NCBI GenBank assembly: GCA_030141605.1
Contig: JAQGDQ010001081.1
Location: 1 to 64,000 of the forward strand
Reading direction: 5' to 3'
Length of the DNA: 64,000 nucleotides
DNA from: Tubiluchus corallicola
Taxonomy: Eukaryota; Animalia; Priapulida
The notes under the pieces are model-generated. The model ran no database searches and was not told the DNA's origin. It was given only the letters and a program-made list of their open reading frames with translations. This document shows, one piece after another, positions 12,731-25,000 of the stretch. The translations under genes were made by a program, and so were the position numbers. The stretch's first letter is position 1. Each line of letters begins with the position of its first letter.

Positions 12731-15599
12731 TGTAATAAGTGTTAGATGAAAACGTGTTAATATGTGACTTGTATGCTAGTGTTCATTGTAATTGTTTATG
12801 TACTTTTTTCCAACTCTTAGCTTTCTTTTTAAAACCTTTATTACATTTGTGCTACAAATGTATAATATGTGTAACATTAATGTGCCTGTAACATTTGCAT
12901 ATTATAGTGATTTACAGTTTATTGCGATTTTATTCTGTTATGCATTAATTTGTAATGTTTACTTATGGTATGATGTTTGAAAATGAAATGGGAACAAAAT
13001 TTTCTTCGTAATGTCCAGTTTGAGGAAGTAGGAGCTAAATGAAGTTTGTTTTTTGTTTATTTTAGAATTGTACACATGCATGATCCTGCAGATTATTCTT
13101 GAAGAAATTACAAGCAAGATTAAGATTATAATTAATATAAATGGGTGTTTTCTGTCACTCGTGAAATCATGTTAAGTGATATTGAGGCACACCATTTCTT
13201 CTATATTTATTGTAGAATAGAAATCATGTATCTCTTCTACTTCCTGCTCAGTAATAATAGTAATGGGAGTCTTTCACTGCTTGAGAGTATGGACTTTAGA
13301 AACTATGCATTGGTAGTATGAAAACTACCAGTACTTCACAATTCTCATATTTTTCTGCTTGTAGGTTATAAGGTTTGCATGATAAATTAGTTGATGCATT
13401 TCTTAATTAAAAATTGGTCGTTATGCTTGGCAATAAAATTCAGGATGAAAATGTAATAGATAGCTGGCTGTTTTAGGTAGCGATTTTCATGTCTTCAAAA
13501 TTCGTAATAATTAATATATTAATTTTATTTTTTTGTTTAAAGATTGTGTACAGAAAGATTATATGGAACAGAAAGCATTAAATAAATCTGCAGCTGGTTA
13601 TTGCACATGCAGTCATCATGCATTTGTTATTTCTACTCTCTATAATGTCTGTAGCTAATACGGTTACCAGAAGAGACAAATCATCAATATTAATTTTTCT
13701 ATATGCAATAATATTACATACAGTGCTGTGAATAATGGAACTTAATTAATTATGTTACAAATAATACAGGGAAGAACGCACGTAGTGAAAACTGGGCAAT
13801 TTATGCAGTATTATGCTGCCAGGGTGTGCTATTCCTATACGTGTAAGCTTTTAGTACAAAGAATGTAGAGACTTTATTATGCAGCTTAACAAGATGTGAT
13901 GTAAGGTAACTGATTCTGCAAAAAGTTCTAAGTTGAACTTTTTTAGCGGCAGAGGGCGCGGTGCAGCAACAATTTTCAACAGTGGCGGGAACACGTGCAC
14001 CAAATAGAACTGTTTCTGTATTACATTAACGTGTCATTACCTATCGTTCAGGAATTCACGTTTCTGGCAAGTTTTGTTTTAATTAATTCAGTTAAAAAAA
14101 ATAATACTCATTTTCCCCACATCGAGGGAATATTTTTGTGTTTTTAAGTACTCATTAGCTGTTTTGTGCAATCATACGATAAACCATAATTAATTCAAGT
14201 TCCAGATTTACTATAACTAGTTTGTTAGATCCGTTTGAGGTGTTAAAAAATATTACACTTTCGCACCTCCTAGTTTTTAAGCTAGGGTTTTTGTGCCAGA
14301 GTTGCTACGCTAACCTGTATATAATCGAAACTTACCCAAAAACCCTGCCTTACATTTACAAATGTAATGTAAACTAGAACTAGAACTTAGAAGCAAATTC
14401 ATGTGTAACCGCATTTCAGTTTAGGCTCTTAATATCTTTCTACTGAAACAAGCTTCACATTTACTTAGTGTTATTTTGATATAGGATCAAAAATTCAAGC
14501 GTAAAAAATTCAAAGAAATGAAAATTAATAGCATTTCAAAAAACAAGTTACATAACTTTCTCAGTCTTGCTCTTACTTAATCATCAGTTAACGAATAACT
14601 AACATTTCTTGTAATCCTGTGCCTGTTAAACTTACAAATGACGTATCTGTAAAGGCTTTTATATAGGTTATACCTGCTAGCCAATCAGTGTTTGGTTAAT
14701 GCCATTGTTTTTATTATAAATGTACTTATGATTGTAATGTTTCTAATCAAATAAAAACATTGTTTAAACTAAAGAAAGAAAATTATAAACAGCTGCCATT
14801 TCTTCAGCCGGTTTTTAAGAGCTTGTTGTATATACAGGTTGTGCTGTTGTAAAATTATTTTGAAAATTTCTGCAATGCATTTCAATCCTATAAAATATCT
14901 CCGAACAAGGAAAATTCATCACCGACTGGCAAATTTGGATGCCATTGTGGGATAGGTGTGCCTGTCTCAACATATTTTGTCTTTGTGAGCTTTTCCAATT
15001 TGCAGGGATGAGTTTTCCTGGTCTTGCATTGCAAAGTTTTACACAATTTTTACCAGGTTGTGTGCAATTTTAATTTCACATTACAGTCAGTACTAATCAA
15101 TTATTGTGGAGTTATTTACTTAATAACATAACAGTTTAAGTTTATCTCTACAGTTTAACTCAATGGTTATCTCCAAAGTATCCATTTCACTTTTTCGATC
15201 TGTATCTGATCTGCTTAAAACTAGATATTGTATAGTGGACTGCCTACTTGCCCACTGACTTTATGTGTAAGGATCACTAACTTGCTGTTGCGCGTAGTCC
15301 TGTAAGTAGATTTTTGTCTAATAAGAATGTCCTTGAAAAGAGCAGATGGTGACATAGCTGAAGAATACAACTTTGTACCAGTTGGTGAAGCTTATTTATA
15401 TCACTTGTAGTATTGAGTAGCTTTGATAAACATTTAACATTTTTTAGTGCCAAAAATAGACATAACCAGAAAGAAGACATACATACAATTTCAATTATGA
15501 AATATGGCAGCACTACAAACAAACATTTATTGATAAAACAAATACATTCTAAAAACGATTAGTGTTAAAAATAGATTGTCACTTAGTTGATTTTATTTT

Positions 15600-16060
15600 C
15601 TGTTATATGATCATTACACATTATATTGTATGTCATGTTTTAAAACACTTTTTCAACATAATCAATAAATACCTTTATTTACTTCTAAATCACTTCTTCC
15701 CATCATAAAAACAAAAAAATTTCAGCATCGTTCATAAGAAAAAATTCCGGTATAATTGTACTGATGCGGTTATATAATTTTCCTTCAAGATCATTGTAAT
15801 AACATTTTATAACAAAGTGTAATTCACTTTTTATTTCATTTCTTAAACAGTATGAGCATGTACGATTCTCAGCTGGGATTTTCGTAGGTTCAACGTATCT
15901 CCCTCTTTCAATACACAAATTATGCACAATACACAAGTTGAATCTCAGTTTTGTAAATTTGGCTATAGCGCATTTGGAATAGCCAGAAAATAAACAGCTT
16001 CTAGTTGATATTGTCTTTTTAAGGTTTGATAGATATTTTTGGTAATTAAGTATTGGAAAC
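15600..16060 (-). mobile_element. 5'-truncated non-LTR retrotransposon 3' remnant (C-terminal CCHC-type region)
   Basis: ORF 15703-15936: LCIERGRY...ENRTCSYC...SELHFVIKC matches the IExGRY...RxCxxC...ExHF...C signature at the C-terminus of invertebrate LINE ORF2 proteins. Boundaries approximate. Confidence 0.7.
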
Positions 16061-17471
16061 CTAAGCCATATTTTATATTCATGACAATTTGGTCAAATTG
16101 ATTGCATTTACATTAAATAGTCAAGATTGACTCCACAATATGTCATCATCTCCATTTCATGCTGTTTTTGCTTTTAAAATAGTTACAAAATGCTATAGAA
16201 ACTAAGATTGATACACAATTCTAAATTTTTACAGCACTTACAGCAATGCAAATTTTCCATCATAAATTCAGGCCCAATTTCGAGATACTATCAAGACACA
16301 AATGTACTGGCACACAGAATGCACATTTTCATCAACCGAACCGAACCAAATTTTAACTGAAGAACCTGTACTGCCAAACGAAATTCCAAATAAATTACCA
16401 AGTTAAATTGTAATGCCGACCCGATTTTTTTTACTAAAACTGAATCGAATTTTCTTGTAATTTCAATTGTAAAGAATTATAAACTCTAAAATGTTTTATC
16501 GTTTTAAGTTAATGGTGATTAGTAAGCAGTGTAAAATTGTTCTGATTACTAAATCTGTGTTTGTGTTTAATGGTTGTAGTGAAGCATTAAGTAGTAAAGT
16601 AAAGTAATCAACAAAAACAGTGAATAAGCAAAACTGCAATAGTATAATTGTTTACTAGTTTGTGTTCTCATTGATTTATTTCGTTGTGTATAAGCTAACA
16701 CAGTACTGCCACACTGCGATGCTACTGCACATTGACACGACTTGCATACTGCTGGTGCATCGTATTCTTCGAGTTATCATGTGCACAGAAAGCAGAGTGT
16801 CGGCTGGTGTACCGTGTTTACTATCAGTTTTTTAGACAAATTTTTATTAGCATTATATGTAAATATTCGGTTTGTCTAATATAAGTTTCATTGAATGTAA
16901 CAATTATCAAAAAAGAAACTTCATTATACAAAAGGTTCACCAAACCTTTAGTGACTACAACCAAAGTTGACCAGACCGGACTTTTATGTATTCGAGAAAA
17001 AATATGGTGGTCCGAATATTTGGTGAGTCCCTATGATTACATTCATATAGTTTTAGTTTGGGAGGAAAGGTATATTGGAGATTCTGGACAGGATCAAGGT
17101 TCGGGTCGGGATTAAACAAGATAAGAGTTTAGGGCGCGGATTCATGTACTAACTTACGACAGTTTCATTATCTTAAGTGGGGTTTAGGCGCCAGGAAATA
17201 TTTTTATCTAATTCATGTAGATGTCTATTCTCCTTAGTCGTGACTAGCTCCGACTTTGAAAGTTAAGCAGAATTCAAGTAGACGTCTTGACGTCTCCAAG
17301 CGCACTCATTGAATTTGATTAAACCAAATTTTGTCTCAGATGCGCATCTAACTTTACGACACCTTGGGAGCTGCCATAACTGGTTGAGTAGTGTTGGTTT
17401 TACTACGTCCCAAAACCATATTGGTCTGTATTTTGGAAATACTGTAATTACGAGAGCTACTTAAAGTTAAT

Positions 17472-17963
17472 GTTCTTCTTCTCTTCTCCTTTTCCTTTTT
17501 CTTTTTTTCCCTTTCTTTTATTTTCTTTCCTTTTGTTGTCTTCTTTTTTCCTTTCTTTATTTTTTTTCATTTTTTCCCTTTCCGTTATTTCCCTTCTTCT
17601 TCCTCTCCTGTCGTCTCCTTTCCTTTTTGTTCCTCTCTTCTCAACTACTTTTAAGCTCCTTCTCTTCCCTTTCCTTCCCTTGCCATACCCTGCCATCCCT
17701 TCCTTTGTCTTTGCTTCTTTTTGCTTCGGTCTTCTCTCCTTTCTTCTCAACTACTTTTGAGCTCCTCTCTTCACTTCCTTTTCCCTTCCCTTTCCTTCCC
17801 TTTCATCTCTGTTATATCCCTTCCCTCGTCTTTGCTTCTTTTTTCATTTTTCTCCTCATGTCCTCTCATCTTATTTCCTCTCCTCTTCTCCTCCCCGTCT
17901 CTGCTGTTCTTTTTCATTCTGCTCTTATTTCCTTGTTTCTCTACTCCTCATCTCGCCTCTCTT
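17472..17963. repeat. Polypyrimidine low-complexity tract with internal ~105-bp imperfect duplication
   Basis: About 490 bp nearly all C/T. ttctcaactactttt..gctcct and tctttgcttcttttt each occur twice. Confidence 0.9.
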
Positions 17964-18322
17964 ACATGAATAAGGTTTGTGACGCTGTCTTGGAGGTTCC
18001 ATAAGACAATGCACTGAAGTGCATAAATTTACAACTGTGCATGATTCTACTTCACTTTACATCATGTATTTCAATATGCTAAGCAAATGTAATCCCTTTG
18101 TTATAAAATTTAAATATTTGTTAAATGGAATAATAATACATACTGACTAAGCAGCATTAGGTGCTTGAGCGAATTTTAGTTAAGAAAGATTGTAGTAGCA
18201 GTGAGACGAAAATCTTACAAATCTATTGTACGGCTGTGTCATTCTTTTATGTATTTTTCGTAAATTGTTCCAACATTATTGTCAAGTCCCATACCAACAG
18301 AATAATTTAGTCACTTTTACAG

Positions 18323-18449
18323 ATGGCTGAATGAACGAACTCTCTGTGTAGTATACGTGCCAGGAAACGATAATTATGCTAAGACTTCAATCTACTTACA
18401 AAATAAATAGCAGTTGATAATCATGCGATGCAGCTGTGGTTACTAAAAT
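18323..18449 (+). other. Possible non-coding 5'UTR exon of the 19019-36684 gene
   Basis: Good acceptor (cacttttacag) and donor (AT|gtaagt). No frame stays open across it; it begins with a micro-uORF ATG GCT GAA TGA. Confidence 0.3.
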
Positions 18450-19018
18450 GTAAGTAATAAATATATTATCACAAAATTTGAATGACGAATGACTTGTTAA
18501 ATGGCTTATTTTTCTCTATATGCCCCAAAAACTTAAATAAAGGTTGTTTTTTCAAATGTTATAAACTTAAATGTTAAAGTTCATGGTTTGAATTGGGATA
18601 GGATAAGAAGTTCAGGTGGTGCTGAAAGTTTAGGAATGGAGCTCAGGTTTTAAGAAAAATTTCAAATCGAGGTTCTGGTGTCTCGATCGTGGCGACCACA
18701 ATCCTGAACACCCTTTAGGATTCAGCGTAGGAGTGCTGCTAGAACAGAATCCATGTCGTATATAAAAGGTTATTCATACAAAGCTACCTTGTATGGATTC
18801 CACATAAAAATGGTCACTCTTGTGCTGTTCATTTTGCAAATGAGATTTGATAATAATTACCGTTTCAGTGTAAATTATACAATACACATGTGACAGTACT
18901 AATTCAGTACTGACTGAATTGCTATGTCACATTAGGTTAAACATTGTTTTAAGCCTTAAATTTAGTTTTAATCCAAGATTAATTTTTTGTGGCGTAAATA
19001 AACATTTTATTTTGCAAG

Positions 19019-22000
19019 ATGGAAGAAGTTTCGAATTTGGCATCACTTCGAGTCGATAGCAATGATGAATTGAAGCTAGAAGGTCTAATACATACTATTT
19101 TAAATACCAATTATGAAGATGCATCACGAGCTTGTAACTCGCTTGTCTTTACACTTCTCAATGCTTCTAATGATGAAGGAGAAAAGTAAGTGTTTGTTGT
19201 TATTTACCTTTTATATGCAGTTTGGCACTCTGTGACTCTGCACTCTCTATCACTTTACTGGTGAACTCCTTAACTAGAAATAAGCCTTATTTCATTGTTA
19301 GCTGCAACCATATTGTGTTTGTGCAAGCAACTTTAGTAATATGTCTCTTTATAAGCATACTGCTGTCACAGTTTGATTAGATCTTTCATCGACTGGAGTT
19401 GGTAAATAGGCCTGGTCGATCCGAACTAATGACTGGATTTTTTTAGGTTAATAGGTTGTTTCAACTGAAATCAAAACACTAGTTCTATCAGTAAACAGAA
19501 TTACCTCTACCCAGAGCCCTGGGACAACCCAACTGTTTTGATAGTAATCATTATCGAGGAATTGTCTTGTAGTAAAAGCTTTGCATTTTAACACCCAGCA
19601 GATCAACCGATCGGTTATCCTCAAAACTTGTATACCTATAGGTGTATGTTCCTAGAAGCTTCTGTCACTGGCTGTTAATTAATTTAACTTTAATGTAATT
19701 ATTGCTGACTTCATTTAAAGTTAATCTTTGCTTTTTCCCCATATTCGATGTTGTCGATTTTGTAATTGTTTTTTTAGTTCTGATCACTCGTTGTACTAAA
19801 ATTGTGTTACTATTAATAAATAAATGTTTTAAAGATCCTTACATATGGGTTAGCAAAGTGTGACCACTTATTCCTATTGATTGATAGTCATGGTCATCCA
19901 GTCTTGGTTGCTTATAAATTCTGATCAGTGACGGTGTAACAATATATTACGGCTTTGAAAAAGTAACTAGATTATTTTTACTTTAATGAATTACCTTATA
20001 TTAACTTTTTTTAAAACTTGGAAAATTTTAATTATACTACACAAGAAATTAAACATCAGTGTTATGTATGTTTTGAGCTGACACAACATAAGAAATGTTG
20101 ACAAGTGTTTTTCGCCACTCATCTTCACTGTCCCTACAAAAATGGTTTATTAAATTTATAATTCACGTATCCTTTCATTCACATTTTAAGATCAACTGTC
20201 TAAGTTCTCGGCTTGCTAATATGAAGAAAAATTAAAAAAAGGCATGAGTAAGATATTCTCACAAGCTCCTATTCCTAAATGGTATTTTTTATTTCAGGGA
20301 AAAAACTGTTATACCGTTTTGCTTAACCAGAAAACTGACAGATCATATTAACTCTATCATTGGTCCATTAGAGGAGAAGAATCCTCCATGGCATTTACTT
20401 CTGCTGACATGTCGTGTGTGTCAGTTAATTAGCCACCAAGTAGAAATTTTGTATGCTTATTTCGAAACAGAAGACTGGTAATTTATGCCGCAAATTTGTT
20501 CTTTAAATTAGTAATTAAATCTATAAACGAATCATAGTATAGAAAATGTTGAAACAGTGTACTATCATTTAACTATATGTGTTGTGAAAACAAGGCACAT
20601 TATGCAATGCCAAAGCATAGCACTTTTAATTGCACATTTAATTATTGATGCTTGATAAATTAAATAGATTGTCTTTGTTTAAAAGATTATTCTATAAAAG
20701 TTCTCGCATGTTCTCGGATGTTTGAAGATTTTGTTTTACTATGATTTCTGTGGAAGCAAAACTCAAAAGTATATGTTATTTTTATACATGTAAACATTAA
20801 AAAAAATTGGAAGGATGTTTTTGATGTGATAAATTCAGTTACGCTTGAATGTGAAATTCAAAAGCATCACCGAAGCCAAAATCTGATTGGGTGTGGAAAC
20901 GTAGTTTCGACATTGCTGATGACTATATCATGTTTAACAAATGATGAAAAGCATTGTACAGTCAAAAACAGGCTGCATTAGTTTTGGCATCACTGGTATC
21001 AGTAGCGCATTTAATAATGCACGCACGTGTGCAGTAAAACACAAATAACAGCATACACCAGATTACACATCTCAGGTGACCAATAATACATGTATCAAGT
21101 AAGGAGGCAATCACTTAACAAACTGTAGCTGTATGGAAATTACGAGACCTGTACCATTAAGCTGTATGAACACCAAGGTGTCCACGGCCCAGTATTACTG
21201 CAAACAAATCTATGGTTTACTAATAAGCTGCTAGCCACCTATTTATGTTAATATATACATAGTACTTAATTAAAGGTAATAATTTTGCTAAATATCATAA
21301 AAACTATATTTAGTTTAGTTAACAGTTACAATCGTTTTCGAATATTTTTGCAATGATATTAATTGTCTGTATTACTACTGAACCCCACAAAAGCATTTCA
21401 AATAGACCCAGACTAACTTATTTGAGCATTGCTTTAGTTACGACTAGGCTTTTGTGCATATGAATGAAATGAATTTTTTCAGCAGTTTTCCATGTCTGCT
21501 ACTCAACCACAGTGACAGAGCAAATGGAACTGCAGTAGATTTCAATTTTCTTTCCCTTTCCAACATCATCTTAAGCCCCCGGTCTGCTCAGGCTCAAAAC
21601 CATTGTTGGTAAAAGTACGGGGAACAAACTCTGTCATGCTAGACCATTGCCACTTCTTTTCTCATCAATTGCACCTTACAATCCACTGTTCTCTTGCTGT
21701 CTTATCCTTTAGAAAATGTAAAAATAGCCAGTCTTTCAGAAGCATTATTTGAGCTGCACTAGGAAACCTAGCAGTGAGACATTTAAAAATCTGAAGACCG
21801 AAAATTTACCCACGTTGCAATAATAAAACGGCACAGCGTGAGATACCAGTGACGTCACGCCAACACTTTCGCATTCTGTACTTCATTACATTACTAATAT
21901 TTCGTCTATTGTAGAAAGTGTGTTGAAGTAGGTGTAAACAAAGCTATGATTCAAGCTTAACATTAAAAATGCCTTCATTATTGCTTTTTAACTTTTAGGG

Positions 22001-25000
22001 TACATTTAGCAGCCACGATGGGAAAGCTATTTATAACTATGACAAAGATGCACACTTCAGTTCATTTCAGACCAGATATCTTGGAAGAGATATTATATCT
22101 TCTTATTGCCGCTGCTCGGAATAGGTACGCAGAGTTATAACATATACAAGCGTAAGATATGTACTTCTCTTAATATATAAATTGGCGAACGCCATTCATT
22201 CAGCGATGTCCACCATACAAAATTTTTGCAACTAAAACAGTAAAACAGAAACATTATAATGATAAAACATTGTGCTTTAGTACTAGCAATGCTTCTGTTA
22301 GAAAAGCTAATGAAGTAGATTATTAGCTTTTCTAAACCAAAAAAAGACTTATGTACTTTGTTCTCATCTACCTCTAATCTTCATCTACTTTTACAGCATC
22401 TACATTTACTTTTCTTAGCGCCTGTTTGTTTCTACATCTGCTCTTTATGTAACATCTATTTTTGTAAATGAAATTAAAATCTTACTTGTAATTCATGAGT
22501 GCCACGATTGAGGTCATGTTGATGATATCAGGAAAGGTAGGCTGTCATTTGCTATGGCTGTGTAACTGCTTCTTTCCATGAGCATTTACAGTGCTTTTGT
22601 TAGATAATTGTTCTTAAAATATTTATATTATTTTTTTTACAAATACCTGTAAAAGATTATCAGGCATCTATTAAGAATATATTAATTATGTATATCATCT
22701 TAGTTAGCAAATTCAACTTTGTCAACTTTTTCTTTGCAAAATGTAACAATGATCACTTTATCAGAAGCACTATTTAAGTCATTTAACAAGCAGCAATGAT
22801 CAAAAAATGTGCATATAGTATATTGTCAAAAGTAGGTGCGGGTGGACAAAGCTATGATTTGAGGTAAACATTAAGAATGTATTCAGCGCATGTATTATTG
22901 CTTATGTCAGTCTTTTAGATTGGTCATTCAATCTAGATTTTATGCAAAGGCACTAAGAGCTAATTTTATTACAGTACAACTAAAAAACTATCATTTCCCA
23001 ACACGATTCTGCGACAATTAACATTATTTTCATTGACACCCATGATACTGATATAATACACATATTCTTGAGTGAACTAATTGAGTATTTTGTTTATTGC
23101 AATGATTTGCTAGACAATTTTTTGCATTCTGGTAAGTATGTAACAATACTACATTCTCTGGAATAACTTACAAATTCCTACTAAATGTGCACACATTCTT
23201 TACGTTTCTTTTCGGCCATGACTATAGGTTTTATATTGTTGTGTGTTATATTTTTAAGGCCAGTGGGGCCAAGCAAATCAAGATTGCCACATAAATAATT
23301 AATATTAAAAGAAGCGAGGATGTGTTCTGGGGATCTGGAATATTCTATAGTATAGTAGAACAATCTTCTTACCTTGTAGAAGATTCGAGAACTTTCTATA
23401 CGCGATGCGCATAGTAGTTTCTAGATTGTTCATTTTGCACTGATGTTCATTTTGTCCGAGAGAAACAAAACACAACAGGATGTGACCTTAAACATGAGAA
23501 TTAGGTGCCATTTGGCTTGTATATCTCCTAGACATAGGCCATTGAGGCCGAAGAAATCAAATTTGGCACTTTGGTAATACTAGTGAGGAAAAGGATATTT
23601 ACAACTTCAGTAGTAGTAGCAGTAATAATCTTTATTTTACCTTTTTAAAAACATTGACCATCACAATAAAAAAGACAGACAATCAGTGTTAGTTCAAATA
23701 AAAACATACACTGTTCAGGGCAAATGCATCTGGTGTAAGCTAAACTATAAGTGCAAACTAAAAATTCACAAATAAAATATCAACTACAAACACACAATGC
23801 ACTATGATAAAACTACATACATTATTTTTCTTTCTTCTAATACACACTCATGCCCGCACGCACACACACATGCACGCACGCAAGCGCGCACACACACACA
23901 CACACATACACACTCATACACATCATATAATAGTTTAGTAAGGTCTCGGAAAAATGAAATCATGATTTGAGTAAATATCATCATGTTCGTGTGTCGGATA
24001 TTCAAAAGGTGTAATTAAATGTTGTTTTAATTTAAACTTGAATATTGATAAAGTTGTATTGCTTGCTTAGTAATATAATTCTTTCCATATTGATTGTTCG
24101 TTCTAATGTTTCTTAAATTTAGTGTTCTGTTATTCATACAGGGGTTTTCGAAGAGTGGGAACTTATTGTTTTTGAAAGGAGAATTAATATTGTTGATATA
24201 TTTATAGAGAAACAGGAGAGTTTGATAATCTCTGTGGGCTGTGAGATGATATCAAAGAATGACCATTAACTAATCGTAAAGCATGGTTTTGAAGTACATT
24301 TAATTTGATGCATGGCTCTCTCTTCACTTTTTTAACAGTATGCAGGCATATTAATAATGGGGGCAAAATTAAAGTTTTGTAGATTAGAATTTTTTTTTGT
24401 TTTGATAGCTGTCCTCTCATTTGTCAAAGGTACGGGGTACTTAATGCCATGTAAGCATAATGTGTCCAACTTAATGGCTAAGAAATTAACATCCAGTGAC
24501 TGCACAATAACAGCATTTTCTATTTGCAGGGATATAGTAGCTGTATTTTCAGTATTGTTAATTGTTTGGGATAATACCACAAATTCCGTTTTATCACTTC
24601 ATTTTTAGCTTGTAATAATTAAATGCCATGTTGATATTCTTTATGTCTTTTTCTAAGTACAGTTTTGTAATGCTGATATTCTCATGAGCCAGATAAATAG
24701 TCGTGTCATCTGCATATTGCGTAATAATGTTGTAGAACATTAGAAATATTGTTGATGTAAAGGTTAAACAGTAGAGGTCCCAATAGTGTACCCTGTGGGA
24801 TACCTCTTTGAAGGTTAGCCCAATCTCAGAAAGTTGTAGAGTTTATTTTAGCCTGCTGCTTCTATTTTGTAGGTAATCATTAATTAATTTTAATGCTTAT
24901 TGTTCAAATCCAAGTTCTTTCAAATTATCTAACAGTAGTGTGTGATTTAAACTGTCAAAAGCTTTACTTAAATCTAAAAAAGCTGCTGCCACATATTTGT

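Noticed and set aside
14800-15525. Exon-like minus-strand ORF 15277-15522 with a plausible acceptor
   Set aside because: No partner exons or recognisable motif; may be decayed TE or chance.
17457-18004. K/E/R-rich and F/L/S-rich ORFs
   Set aside because: Artefacts of the pyrimidine tract.
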